A stretch of 64,000 nucleotides of DNA from the human T2T-CHM13v2.0 reference genome, Homo sapiens, in NCBI RefSeq assembly GCF_009914755.1, contig NC_060940.1. The stretch is one strand, 5' to 3'. The translations under genes and the position numbers were made by a program. The notes beneath the pieces were generated by a model. The model was not told the DNA's origin, searched no databases, and saw only the letters and a program-made list of their open reading frames with translations. Every line of letters starts with the position of its first letter. Position 1 is the first letter of the stretch. This document shows, in pieces, positions 47,326 to 63,240 of this stretch.

Positions 47326-48380
47326 GCTCTGCCTACAGTTTTTAAATGACTTCTTAGTCTACTTAGGAGAAAATATAAACTCTTTACCAGAGCCTACTGG
47401 ACTTCTCAAAACATGATGTATGTTTATCTCTTCCCTTTAGCTCACTTGGTTTTAGCCGACTGACCTTCTGTTCTCTGAGTAAAACAAACTTATTCCTGCA
47501 ACGGGGCCTTTACGCCTACTTTGCCTTCTGCCCCAGAAACAGTTCTCACAGGTTTTCCCATGACTCTTTTCTTCTCCTTATTCAGCATCACCCCAAACAT
47601 CTCCCCCTGAGTGGCCTTCGCCAGGACATTCTTCTTAAATATTTTTCCTTACCTCATCCTGTTTGGTTTTGTTTATAACAGGTGTCAGCTACAATACTGG
47701 TTTTGTTTGTTTATTTACTTTTTCTTACAATGGAAAGCCCATGAGAGCAGGGTTGTGTCTGCTTTATTCACAACTTTAACCTCAGTGCCAGTACAGAACC
47801 AGGACCGTACTAGAAACTCAATGAACATTTGTTGAGTATTTTGAATGAATTAATTATTAAAACATTAAAAAGTGCCATTTTCCAAGTAAAAATCTTTTTC
47901 TACTTCCTTAATGATTCTAATTGCAGACAATTCTAGGTAGAAATGAGGTTCATATTAATGGCAGGCCGAGAAAGGCATTTTTGGGTGAGTCTATGCAGGC
48001 AATTTTTGCTTTTATGGCTGATTTCCTTCCATATACTTCAATACAGGTATGTCCCTATTGAGAGAGATGGCATTTTTCATAGTATAAAGGTGGACAGTGA
48101 ACTTAATATTATAATAAAAAATAAAGTAAATTTTATACAAACACTAAGAAGTGATCATCTAAATCTACAGTTTAGAATCTGAAACCTATTCCTATGTTGA
48201 CATCTTCCATGGCCCTACTCCTAAATTAATAAATTCTGACTTACAGAAGGCTATTTTCTGAATCCTTTCGTAGCTGACATTGTGGTGGGTGCTGTTACCC
48301 ATTCCTTGATACTGACAGTACAATGGCCATCCCTGCCAGGGCACGCGTACATTATCAGTAGTCAAAAGTTTGGCAAAGTA

Positions 48381-48734
<354 letters not shown>

Positions 48735-50832
48735 TTATGAAAGAGCATACTCTTACACATTAAAGGTGAATGTTTCAGTGACACCTGTGCAAGATAGGAC
48801 TTTCTGCTCTCCTCTATAAAAATCTAAATTTCTGTCATATAATTCTAGCAGACCTTAAAAGGATAGACCTCAAAGGCAGCGTTGCATTTGATATTCTCTT
48901 GCAACCCCAGAATGAAACTTAAGCATGAATAATTGGAGATCTGCACACTTCCATAAAGAAGAAAGAATGGGACTCAAGTTCACACAGAAACTAAAAAAGA
49001 AAGGCAGGATGACTTCCCTCTGCCACCTTGAAAAGGCTTTGAAACCTACAAAACAAGAAATGGGGAGGGGAGTTGCTGAATGGGTAATAAATATGTGAAC
49101 CCTCCTCCTAAGGGTTTTTATAATCCTTTCTATCTTGGGTATCTACGTGTTCCTCTGTGAATGTGTTTACTTCTAACTGCACTTCTTATGGAACAGCTCC
49201 ATCCTTATTATCCACAACAGGGTTTCTGTTCTGCTTTCATCTTGTATATATCTTAGAAAAACAACCTGAACAGATGTCCAGTTAATATGTATATTTATGT
49301 ATTTATAAATTATATGTATGTGCTATTGCACTAGTATATTACATATTTTATATACCTTACTACAACCAAAGAAATATAAAAGAATGAGATGGAATAAATA
49401 TATACTTAAGGTCTAGGTTTTCTTCCTCCACCCTCTGTGGAATGCTTACCCCACTTAAGAAACCCCTAAGATTTCACCGTGTCCTCACAGTGAGATTGTA
49501 CTCACTCCTCAATGAGAGGAGCTGATTAATGTTAAAGCTCTTTTGGTTTTGTTATCAATTATGCACTTGAATTTTCAAATAATCTAGCTGTACATATTAT
49601 ACTACAGTGGGCGATACTATGAGGTACCAACTGGACCAGCTCAGCAGAGGCTGGGAGGTTTGACTCATCAGTAGTCATGACACCACTTCTCTCTTAGACT
49701 TTTCCAGTAGAATTTATTTTTGGTTTTGACAGCAAGGGTGACAGCTCTGTTCTCTATAGGTATCTATGGTAGAATAAGCATTGTTACCTCGCAGAAGGGA
49801 GAAGTCTATGGTATTCGACACCAACCCCCAAGTCCTTCTTACACATCCTCTCTTTGAGATATAGGGACTCTTGTGAAAAATGGAAACCCAGGAACTGGCT
49901 CTGCATAAACTTAAGCTTCGTCTTGGCAGGACAATTATGAGAAGCCTACCACTGACTCTGAAATATGTTGTATGCAATAAAAACTCTGTACTATTTAGGT
50001 GTTGTTTCTGACCCACGATACTAGAAATAAGCATCAACTACCCATACAAAGTTTTGCTTAGGAAAAATGAAAGTATATTCAAATATAAATTTTTATAAAA
50101 TGACCATTAACTAAAAAGAAAAGCCTTCCTTTCCCCAAACATCAATAGATGCAGAGTGGAGGATAATATTTACAACATGCAACATAATGTTTGGTTCTAA
50201 TTAATAGACTATTTCAATGAAATATTATTTTGATAAATATGTTCATGCTTCATTTGCCATGTATTAAAAACAGCAATACACATTCACTTGATGAAAAATA
50301 TTATTGAAGATAAGACAGAAGTATTTCATAAACAACCATTAGGTAGATTATAAGATAACATACGAAAGGTGATATTGTAAATCAATATTAGAAACACATA
50401 TTCTTCATCTATGACCTAACTTGTATTGAAATGCTGCAAAAACCTTAGAGCAACATTCAGAGAATTACCTGAAAGATAACTCTGGCATCTTCCATGGCCT
50501 TACATGTGTTTTCTTTAATGGTCACAGTGATTCCCATGTTCAAAGTTATTCACTGAGGACAACGCATGTCCTGAGATTCTCATCATTGAAAGGCCGAGGC
50601 TGAGGCTTGCTTTTCACATATACAGATTGTCCAACATTAAATTACAGCTGCATATTGACTGCATACAAAAATCATTAAACTAAATCTTTCCAAAAGTCCT
50701 GATGCAAATAATGTGCTACAATATTTTAGGTAGGATTATCTGATAGGATTAACAAATTTATCAAGTATAACAGAAAGTAACCACTTATTATTTATTATTG
50801 GCTATACCAAAAAATATAGGATCAGGACTTAC

Positions 50833-50953
50833 CTGAATAACATGCTTCAGTTTATCAATAATCTGATTTATCACAGGATCAGTTCCTTTGACTTTGACTT
50901 CAGGAGTTCCAGACTGGGCTTTGATTCCATTTCCAACCACACGCTGAGTATAA
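50833..50953 (-). pseudogene. GPC5: Isolated glypican-5 exon (exon 6-like, 121 nt) in a duplicated GPC5 fragment
   Basis: TTTCCCTTTGCTAG|T TAT ACT CAG...ATT CAG|GTAAGT translates to YTQRVVGNGIKAQSGTPEVKVKGTDPVINQIIDKLKHVIQ, matching recalled GPC5 with about 3 substitutions; absent from the ORF track. Confidence 0.85.
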
Positions 50954-51356
50954 CTAGCAAAGGGAAATGTGGAAGATATATGACTTAGTACCTGATCAGA
51001 GTATTATCTGCCACAGCTATCTGAACATAGTTGAGGTCAGAATTTCCTCCTTTAGAGAATACACCAATGTATTTTTTTCTTGGAACAGAAACTGGCACAG
51101 CTATAATGTTTTTCCAGGTAAAATGCTAAAATGTTTATCGTGCCATTAGATCATTCTAAAAATAATGTTATTCTCTCAATGGACCCAACCAAAAATTACT
51201 TGTTTTTTAATACTACTTAACAATATGCTACAAAGAGTTAACATATATCTCACTTTGTTACCAGTTCTTGCTGAAGTATACGTATGTCTGTACCCCTATG
51301 GTCTGGGTCAGCTTATTTTAGGCAGTCCCAATCTTATGTTTTAAATATTAGGCTAC

Positions 51357-51645
51357 TATATATGTGTGTGTGTGTATTTATATAGAATACATATATAGAC
51401 TATATATAGAATTATATATAGAATATATAGAGAGAATATGTAGAGAATACATAGAGAATATATAGAGAGAATACATAGAGAATATATATAGAATATATAG
51501 AGAATAAATATATAGAATATATAGAGAATATATATATAGAATATATATAGAGAATATATAGGATACACATAGAGAGAATATATATATAGGATATATAGAG
51601 TATATATATATATGGAATATATATATACACACACATTATATATAT
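51357..51645. repeat. Degenerate (TATATAGAGAA)-type low-complexity tandem repeat
   Basis: About 290 bp of tatatagagaa / tacatagagaa units. Confidence 0.92.
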
Positions 51646-53346
51646 TTCCTAATTAAGTCCTTCAAGAAATAAGTGATTAAACTTTTTAATAATGATAGTA
51701 TCAATTGGACATGATAAAAAATAATATTATTAATAAACTCTTTGATTTTTAAAATAACCTTGAACCCATTTTTTGTAGGCATAGAGGGGCTTAGAGATAA
51801 GAATTTCAGTATCCATCAGGGATTTGGCAGTATACACCAATAACAAATAGTAGAAGGAAAACAGTTATATCTATTTTGTTAATGTGTAATAATATTCTTT
51901 ATTTTAGAAAAATAAAATTATACATAGTATAACCATATGCAATATATAATATGTAAACATATATATAACTGTACAAGTCAATATCATAAACTATAACTGT
52001 ACAAATTAAAATCATCACATTTATAAGCAACTAAAATACGCAAAGTATTTCCTAAGTAGAGGAAACAATCCGCTTTCACCTAGGTTCACCTAAACAAAGA
52101 TCTGGTAAATCATGTGGTATGTAAAAGGGTCATTTCACAGGTGGTGAAAGCCATTTGAAATTTCACTACCTTCCCCAAATTACAATCATATGTCAACTTA
52201 GAATTAATAAAAATATTTAAATTCATTAGTCACAAAGATGTCTTAAGTGCATGCTATATTCCAAGTCCTGTAGGAGGTCTTTAGGATTATAAGAAGGTGT
52301 AAGACTCAATTTTTGTCCTCATAATGCTTATTACTTAACCAAGAATATAATATATTAATTAACTCATTCATTTGTATGTTTATTCATTACATTTTATTAC
52401 ACTTAAAAAATACCATAGATTTCAGCCATGCGAATACCCTTGTTTGCCTGACAGAATAGTGAAATATAAACACAACTGAACCGTTAAAATACAACATTAT
52501 GAAAGTAGCTGGAAGGAACTGCACGTGCCAAGTGTGAGGAAAAATAAGACAAGTAGTAGATATTCTGGATATAGAGAAGTCCATTTGGACTCAGACACTA
52601 GGGAAAAACTAAAGGAGAAGTTATAACTTGAGGTAGCCTTGGATGTATTGAGGTAAGAAGAGGACATCTATGGTATGGTTAATGAGAACTTCAGGGCAAA
52701 CGATGTCATCCTAGCAAGGAAAACGGCAAAGGTACGTGAACAAGGCAGACAGGGAGAACGGACCTCTATTTACAAAGCAGAGAGTACAAACGGTGGAAAG
52801 CAATGGATAGAGGGCCACATCCTGAAGATTCCACCGTGAATGTTGAAGACTCTCCACTGAGTGGTATAATGGGCTCTGGAGATTCGTAAGGGGGAAGTTG
52901 GCAGGCGGGTGAGGGATTAAAAAAGCTACATGTTTGGTACAATGTACACTACTCAGGTGACAGGTGCAATAAAATCTCAGACTTCACCACTATACAAATT
53001 ATCCACGTTACCTAAACCACTTGTGTTCCAAAAGCTATTGAAATAAGACATTTAAAAAGTTAAAACAAAACACTATCATCTGAGTAATTTGTTTGCTTAC
53101 ATTAAATATCATAATACTTTTCAGCAAAAAAATATTTTAATGTAACTTTCATTCCCTATATTTGAGCAGAGTACTGCACTATCCATAAACACCCTCTGAA
53201 TTTTCTACAGTAATGGAAAAAATCTTTGAAAAACATAAAAGAAGGTTCTATGTTTGAGAATATGGCTATATGAAAGGGGTTTCAAGAAATATCCAGTTCT
53301 TCCCAAGACGATGTACTTCCAGTGACCAGTTTTAAGAAGTGGAACA

Positions 53347-53659
<313 letters not shown>

Positions 53660-53888
53660 CTAGGTCCTTCAAGTAATAATAAGTGATTAAACTTTTTGAT
53701 AATCATAATATCAATTGGACATGATAAAAATAATATTAATAAATCTTTCGATTTAAAAAATAACTTTGAACCCACTTCTTTTTGTAGGCATGGGGGGAGC
53801 TTAGAGTTAACTATTCCAGTTTCCGTTAGGGATTTGGCAGTATACATCAATAACAAATAGCAGAAGGAAAATAATTATACCTGTGTCT

Positions 53889-53889
53889 C

Positions 53890-53921
<32 letters not shown>

Positions 53922-53922
53922 G

Positions 53923-53972
<50 letters not shown>
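53889..53972. repeat. (TA)n(GA)n compound microsatellite
   Basis: Visible. Confidence 0.95.
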
Positions 53973-53976
<4 letters not shown>

Positions 53977-54211
53977 GTTTCTTAAATTATCTGTAGCACT
54001 GCTATGTTATTCTTTACTCTCCCAATACCCCAAGTAGATTGCATATGTGGCTCTTTTATTAATGTGTTGAATATTCATAATGATAATGAATAATATGAAT
54101 AAATAAATCGATAAGTGCATAACTATGATTTAGGCATTGCTTTACTCTATCTGGAGATTTCCATTCATAATAAACATCTTTTAGTGACCGTGAGTAAGAA
54201 ACTCATAGAAC

Positions 54212-54972
54212 TTCATTAGAGAAATGCAAATCTAAACCACAATGAGATACCATCTCACTCCAGTTAGAATGACAATCCTTAAAAAGTCAGGGAACAACAG
54301 ATGCTGGAGAGGTTGTGGTAAAATAGGAATGCTTTTACACTGCTGGTGAGAGTGTAAATTAGTTCAACCATTGTATGGAAGACAGTGTGGCAATTCCTCA
54401 AGGATCTAGAACTAGAAATAGCATTTGACCCAGCAATCCCATTACTGGGCATATACCCAAAGGATTATAAATCATTCTACACATTCTCACGTATGTTTAT
54501 TGTGGCACTATTCACAATAGCAAAGACTTGGAACCAACCCAAATGCCCATCAGTGATAGACTGGACTAAGAAAATGTGGCACATATACACCATGCAATAC
54601 TATGCAGCCATAAAAAGGATGAGTTCATGTCCTTTGCAGGGACATGGATGAAGCTGGAAACCATCATTTTCAGCAAACTATCACAAGATCAGAAAATTAA
54701 AGTCTGCATGTTCTCACTCATAATTGGGAGTTGAACAATGAGAACACATGGACACAGGGAGGGGATCATCACACACTGGGGCCTGTGGGGGGTGGGGGGT
54801 GGGGGGTAGGGGAGGGATAACATTAGGAGAAATACCTAATGTAGGTGTCGGGTTGATGGGTGCAGCAAACCACCATGGCACGTGTATACCTATGTAACAA
54901 AACTGCAAGTTCTGCACATGTAACCCAGAGCTTAAAGTATAATTTAAATAAATAAATAATAAATAAATAAAT
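54212..54972 (+). mobile_element. 5'-truncated L1PA (ORF2 C-terminus and 3' UTR)
   Basis: WQFLKDLELEIAFDPAIPLLGIYPKDYKS; G-rich 3' UTR; (TAAA)n tail; TSD AAACTCATAGA at 54199 and 54973. Confidence 0.95.
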
Positions 54973-54983
54973 AAACTCATAGA

Positions 54984-55383
54984 CCTCAAAGTATGGGAAG
55001 CCTAACTGCCTACGGCCACTTGCTGCTTCACTCTAAAATCTGTTTCTGCATCTGCCCCTCAGTCAATGACTGAGGGCCACAAGGTGGCTAATGCACATCC
55101 CTCTTTAGGAGACACAGGGCTTCTCTGAGGACCAGTCTTGGCTCAGGATTCCTGAAGCCTTTTCATACCCTTCCTTAGACTGCACATTACGCTCCAATGC
55201 TTCCACTCAACCTTCCTTTCCTCTTTCCTTCATTCTAGGTCAGACTTGCCTCATAGTTGAGAGCTCTTCCAGGCTTACTCAGCTTCCTCTCCATTTTCTC
55301 TCACAGGGATTTCCCTTAATAAAATCCTCTTGTGTATAACTCGTTTTCAACATCTACCTCTTGGAGGACCTGGACTAACCCAC
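54984..55383 (+). mobile_element. LTR16-like ERVL LTR
   Basis: 3' end ...aataaaatcctcttg...catctacctcttggaggacctggactaac. Confidence 0.6.
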
Positions 55384-55697
55384 CATATAATATCTGTATT
55401 ATAATTACTTCCATTCTACAGGTTGAGAATCTGGGATCTGGAGAAGTTAAGTAACATAAGTTACTCAAGTAAGGCCACACAGTGTATATAAAGTGTGCTG
55501 CAAGGAGTTAAACCCAGGGAAAGCGCACTCCAAAATAGAACCATCAATAAGTGTCAATCCTGAAACCAACTAATAAAAGGTAAAGATACAATTAGCTTGG
55601 TGCAAAAATGTTATTTTTTTCTCTAATTACATTTTCTAAGGCTTCACTGGTTGTAGTTAAGAAGGGATGAATGATTTTCATCAAAACTCTCCTCAAC

Positions 55698-55885
55698 AAG
55701 CTGGGTTTGGTGGCATGCACCTGTAGTCCCAGCTACTCAGGAAGCAGAGGCAGGGCGATCATGTGAGCCCAGGAGATTAAGGCTGCAGTGAGCTGTGATT
55801 ACATCTCATTGACCATGTGACTATGAGTATAAAACTCATAGACCTCAAGCCTGGGCAACAGAGCAAGACTCTGCCTTAAAAAGTA
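55698..55885 (+). mobile_element. Alu monomer (FLAM/FRAM/AluJ arm) with an internal insertion
   Basis: Alu arm interrupted at 55801-55848. Confidence 0.8.
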
Positions 55886-56459
55886 AAACTAAGCAAAACA
55901 AAACAATCCTCCTCAACAAATGGTTGCATATAACCAGCTAAACAGTAATATAACAGTTGTTGGCAGGGTGAGAAGAAACTAGCAGACTGTAGGTTTGTCA
56001 TACTGTTTTTCTGTTCCTGCAGAAACACAGATATAATATAGGCAATGAAAACTGAGACTCATCTCTTAATTTCAGTTAAGCTATTAATTGATTTACATCA
56101 TTTACTTACAGGCCAGAAAAGTTTCTTTCAAAAGGCAGGAATGTTGTTTCATGTTAATCTAAGGACTTGCTTACCTTTTGTTTCTGTTCTTAATGATCAC
56201 AGTTACTAATACAGTAAAATAATATTTAGATAAAATACATTAGAATTATAGCTGATCAAAAATCTCATTCCAAGCTGTTATATTGTTGACTATCTCACAA
56301 TCACTCTTCTTATGAATCATGTAAATAAGGGAAAATACTGCAAAGTAGACACACATTACTTCAAATGAAATATGATTTAATAAAATCAGTTATTCTTTGC
56401 CAATTTTGTAATGTTCAAAATAACCACAATTGAAATAGTGACACATACACATCAGAACA

Positions 56460-57040
56460 GTTCAAATGAAAAAGAGAAATGATACCAAGTGTTGGCAAAG
56501 ATGTGGAGCAACTGGAACTCTCTCCCATTGTGGATGAAAATGTAAACTGACGGACACCACCATTTCCCATGTGTGCTAAATCTAACCATATTCTATGACC
56601 CTGAGCATATACGCAGCAATATTTACCAAAAGACAAATACATGAATGCTCAGAGAAGCACCGTTCAAAATAACCACGAATTGAACATTATATTTGTATAA
56701 TGGTATAGTATATAGCAATGAGAACTAACAAGTTACAACTATATGCAAAAAGATTGACAAATCTTATAAACTAAATATTGAATGAAAGAAGCAAGATACA
56801 GAACATATTCTATGATCTAATCCACTAAAAATTGTAAAACTAATCAGTTATGTTCCAAATTACCATAGGAGCTACCCTATGAAATAGTGTCTAGAAGAAG
56901 TAATAATATAAAATTTCATGATTTGAGTACTGGATACGCAGAAGGGCTAAGTTTGTTTAAAAACAAAAAAAGTATTGGGCTGTACAGTTAAGATTTGGGT
57001 ATTTTACTGTTTGTACGTATTTTCAGCCTTAGAAAATTAT
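56460..57040 (+). mobile_element. Old L1M 3' fragment
   Basis: gataccaagtgttggcaaagatgtggagcaactggaactc...tgaatgaaagaagcaagatacaga. Confidence 0.65.
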
Positions 57041-57321
57041 GTTAAAAAGTCTTTATGCTCTTTTTCTTAATATATTTACCATAGACAAATTTTCATTAAG
57101 CCACAGTATAAATAAAAAAGACCCACACCAGTATTTTTAACATGACGTGGATGAAGTGGTTCTGTCATCATTAAATGAGTACTTTCGGATCCAAGTCTGA
57201 CATAAAAACTTACTTCCCTGAAGACTTTAATTTTGCATGCAAAATACACTGTTTCTAAATTAAATTTTTTTGTAACAAAGAGTTTTTGAGTTCCCCTCAT
57301 GAAATTTTAATAAATCATTAA

Positions 57322-57764
<443 letters not shown>

Positions 57765-59331
57765 AACAGGCAAATTTTTCGTTGGGGAAGTAGTAGACCA
57801 ACCATCTGTGCTTATTTCTTCTAAACAGAGCTAAGAATGAGTGACAGCAGTTGAACGGGAATACTTGCTCCCCAAGCGCGACTTGTTTTTCATGAACAAG
57901 GAAAAAAGGCAAAAGCCCTGCTACATTTCCATTCACAAAATTGTTTTCAAATGATGATTAACAAGATCTTAGTTCCCTCTCTGTTGAACACATAACATAT
58001 TAAAAGGCAGTGCTAATAAATCTATATACGGCACGTAAGGAGGAAGGAGGAAGTCATTTCTCCTGACCTGACCAACTTGTCTTATTTGAAACTGATACCA
58101 GGCCCTATTGGCTGACAGGAATTTCACTTTATTTGGAATACAACAGAATTTGGCTCAGATTCACACTAAAAGTATAGTATTTTGATGTCATTAACATTAC
58201 TTTAATAAAGGTATTATCATGCTTTGTACAGCAACCAACACGAAAATGTTAACATACCACTGCAATAAATAGAATAAAAACATGTTCAGAAAGACTTAGA
58301 AACTCATTAAAGAATGGATATTAATCACTTTTCACCCTAACTCCTCATTTGGCGAGGTATGAATCTATGCATTCCAGTTTAGTCAGGTGGCAAGTAAGTA
58401 GTCCCATTGCATTTCATAAAATAAGCTGCTGTGTGAATTTGAAAGATAATATTTCCACATGAAAAACTAATGACTGCACATGTAAAATCAGTAGTGTTTA
58501 GGAAGCTGTCATTAAAAAAAAAAAAAACTACCTAATTAAAAAGTAGCACAAATGAACTTTTGCCTATGTAAAAAAATAGAACATTGCTTAGCCTTTTCTT
58601 AAATCTCTCCCCAATTCTTACCAAGAAAGGATAAATACCTTTATTATAGTCAAAGCTCTGTTTTTATGGTTTTAAATTTTTTAATCTAAAATTCAAAGCA
58701 AATAATAAATCCTTAATTTATAATTATCCCAATTGGATTCAAAGTGACGGTCCAAACATAAAATGATCAGTCATAACTATAATCAATCAGATAATGCTAT
58801 ATGAGTTTGAAATGTTAATCTAACTTGCCTTTTCCAGGTATGCATTTTAAGATTAAACTCTTCTCAGTAAGATCAACGCTATCCTTCATGGATTTATGAT
58901 GTTTGATAATCACCACGTTGTACTGATTTGCTGTCTCACTTCACTGTTTGATATCAACATATGAAAGTAAAAATGCTATTGAGGGGATAACTATTATCTG
59001 AGCACTAATAAATTAAATGCTATTTTAAGCCAACAACAAAATTGTGTAGGGTACAATTTTTATTTAACCAACTTTCCATTATAAACATTATAAAATTCTG
59101 AAAGATCCTAGAATCTTATATAGCTATTTTGTATTTTTTTCAAATGTAATTGACACCAGCAAGAATTAAATTTCATATTTAAAAAGCTTCTGACTACATT
59201 ACAACATACTTAAAAATGACTTGCAAGATATGACAATTCTAAGATTACCAACATATCATGCAAATGAAACACCCAGGTACTTCCTACCAACACATGATAT
59301 AATAAAATCCAGAAGAACTTCTGAATTAGAG

Positions 59332-59780
59332 TGTAGTAGTTGCCTAGGACCATCATACCTAATTATCACACACTTGGTGGGTTAAGAGGACAGAAATATA
59401 TTCTCTCATAGTTCTGAAGCCTGGACCTCTGAAACTAAGATGTTGGTGGGGCCATACTCCCTCTGAAGACCCTAGGGAGGAATTCTCCCTCGCTTCTTCC
59501 TGGCTTCCAGTGGCTCCTGGCAATCCTTGGCCTTCTTTGATTTATGACTGCATAACTCCAATTTCTGTCTCCATCTTCACATGACCTTCTCTGCGTGTGT
59601 CTTTTCTTGTATCTTATAAGGACATTTACATTGGATTTAGGGCCCACCTTCATCCAGGATGACCTCATCTCAATCATTGGGTTAATTATATCTGCAAAGA
59701 CCCTACTTCCAAATAAAGTCGCATTCTAAAGTTACTAGTGGACATAAATTTTGGAGGTACGGTATTTAAATCACTACACA
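59332..59780 (-). mobile_element. MLT1 (B/C-like) MaLR LTR
   Basis: ttctctcatagttctgaagcc...cttataaggac...ttggatttagggcccacc...tctgcaaagaccctacttccaaataaag. Confidence 0.8.
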
Positions 59781-60687
59781 GAACATGTAAAGACAAAAAT
59801 CTGGAAGCTACCTAAATGAAAATGGATATTCCCTTGAACTTCGACAAAATCATACTCTATTTTTCCGTGAGAAACATTCTATTACTATAAAACAATATTC
59901 ATATTTCACAAGTACACCTCTTAAATTATAGCTTGGCCTTAAGAGAAATAATTAGCTTTGAAAATTATCAGTACGTGATATCTAATATTTCCTGTATTTT
60001 TGATAACTTCTACCTCCTAGCAAAAATAAACAATGCAATGGACAATTTCTGTGTTCTAAATTCACACACACAAACAGGAAAGGCACTTTAAAAAATGATT
60101 TGTTCTCTTTGAAAGCAGAAGTCCAACCACCTGCTCTGAATCTAAAAGTTTCCTGAAAGCAATGAAGGGCTAGTTTATTATGAAGTTGTTGATAGCTGAT
60201 TCTGTGGAGACTCACAAAGAAACAAAGAATAAATTTTAATCACACTGAATGCTAATGTGATAGTAAGGTTGTGATGATATTCAAATATGACTAATTTCAT
60301 TAAATTAACTACACTCAGGCTTAGCTTTGTTGTCCAAATTTATTACAAATAGCTCAAAATAAATAATTCAACTCTTCTGTTTTCTATTTATTTTTGTTGA
60401 TGCTTAAGAGTAAAAAGGTATTTCAACTGAATTTTTTTTTTTTTTAGCAATCAGTTCTCTTGTTTTATCACCATAAGACTGTAAACGGCCGAACAGGTCA
60501 CTGCCTTCAACAAGAAATGCACCTAGAGCAGGAATATAGTACTTGGCACTCATCTCTAGACCTATAACCTAATAGATTTTTTTTTTTTGTCTTTGGTGAC
60601 AGTAACGTAAATTTAGAGCTGGAAAGGACCTTAGAGGTCATCTAGTCCCACTCAAGTATCTTTTAAAACAAAATAAAGAAGTATGTT

Positions 60688-61019
<332 letters not shown>

Positions 61020-61759
61020 TTATACACTGTGTGTTTCCAGAAAAGCCTCTGAGACAGCTTAGAATGAAAGGCACAGACGCTATAAAACAAGGGCAAAATG
61101 ACAGAATAATGAAGAGAAGGAGGTGACAATTACATGGGACAACCTAGGGAAGGAAACACTACCCTTCAGCCTAAAATTTAGTCCTAAGCCTCTTGTTCTT
61201 TAGGGCCAAAAGGAAAACCAGAATTCAAATAGGTGTCGTTAGTTAATAAAATAGTATCTGCATATGTCAGCAGCTATTTTTTGGTAACTCTAAACTCTTA
61301 AGCAAAATATATAAGTCTTTAAGCAACAGACAATGGACAATACAATAAAAATAATCTTCAATAGTAATTTCAAAACTTTTAAAGATGTAAGTACAAATGA
61401 CCTTTTCTTACAGGATGCTTTTGAAAGCTGCCCGCATGATGGTATTTTAAATTACATGATGTTACATTGCCTCCATGATGGTATTTTATTGGGACCTCGT
61501 TATATGACTTGGTGAAGAATGTAACCTTTGAGAACTTAGAAGAGTGAATGGTTAATATTTCTCTGAATTTTTTTGTTTTTAATTGACATTTTATTTTATC
61601 CCTCATAGACAATATATGTTCTGGGAAATATACTGAAGTATAGTAAAAAAGAATCTCAGGGTTAAAGTGTTGAGGTAAATGAGAAAGCAGAGGTTGTGTC
61701 TGAAGAACCGTGTGGTCGGTCGCACTGCACCACACAGCAAACAAATATGCGTGAGCACA

Positions 61760-62070
<311 letters not shown>

Positions 62071-62504
62071 TGAGTGAGCACTTTACCAGCAAATAAACAC
62101 CAATGAGAGAGGGAACAGCAGTCACAAGATGTGTTTTAACAGAGATAGTTAATTAAATATTTTCTAATACACTTATTGAACCTAGATTTAATGGAATTTT
62201 TTTCCTTTCCTGACTTTGGCAAATGTGTGTATTTTTATAGAGAACATGGTTTTACATATGCAATTTTCAGACTTTAAGTCAGGCCCATCACCAACGCTCT
62301 ATGAGTTGAGTGGCCTTGATATGTGGTCCATGTATTTTTGAATCAGGGGTGGGAGGCTATCAAATGAGTCAAAAGCTGATTTTCCTAGCTTTCATTATGA
62401 ACACCTCTCTGGCTGCTCTTCTTTTTGACTTTACCAAACAAATTAGTTAGTATTCCTAAATGCAAGGTATATTAACATAAGAACTAAATAAATTTTTAAA
62501 ATAA

Positions 62505-62542
62505 ACACACACACAGACACACACACACACACACACACACAC
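62505..62542. repeat. (CA)n microsatellite
   Basis: Visible. Confidence 0.95.
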
Positions 62543-62854
62543 AGCACTCTCCATATTTACTTCTACTTTGAATAGCAAACAAGCTGTGTTCCTGGGCCTG
62601 TGGAAGAAATATGAAGTTTGAAAAGATTTTTAAATAACTTTTTCTTAATGAAAATAACTCTGTAGTAATTACTGTTTTAAAAAGCCATTAGAATTTGAGC
62701 ATAACACAGTTTCAATCTTGTCTCTATTCCAACTTAAAGTCCTGTCCAACAATCTCATTTTATGTTCTGTTGAATCACAAAATAAAAATTTGTATATTTT
62801 AAAGTATTTGATGGAGGAGGAGGAGGGAAGAAAGAAGAGGAGGAGGAGGAAGAG

Positions 62855-63240
62855 CATGCCAAATGCAGCTGGAGAAGGCCATGAAAAGAGAATTCTCACG
62901 CACATATGCCTGATAACAAGAACTATCACGAAAGACTGCAAAAACCACAATCTTGCCATTGCAACCTTGTAAAAAAACACTTCTGCAAGGACATATGTCC
63001 AGCAAATGCCTGTCCAACCTTGGACTGGCACCACCCTTGTTATTGATCCTTGTAATCAAGGATAACTATGTCAAAACAATTGTGTAATCCTCCACATTTT
63101 TTCTTTAAATACCTTTGTCTTCCTTTACCTCCCTGAATGCATACATAGTTGACTATGGCACATGTATTCCTACTGAAATACCCTATCCCCAACCCAGTGT
63201 TCTTTACAGAGTCTCTCTCTGTTCGTTATTTAGGTTGACA
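62855..63240 (+). mobile_element. ERV1 MER4-group solo LTR
   Basis: cttctgcaaggacat...cccttgttattgatc...ends gttatttaggttgaca. Confidence 0.65.

Noticed and set aside
50833-50953. The window being the real GPC5 locus
   Set aside because: The exon differs at about 3 residues from recalled GPC5 and is joined to HERC2 and ABHD17A fragments from other chromosomes.
51356-51636. Tyr/Ile-rich ORFs
   Set aside because: Translation of a TA-rich simple repeat.
54385-54651. L1 ORF2-like CDS
   Set aside because: A ~760-bp 5'-truncated, inactive L1.
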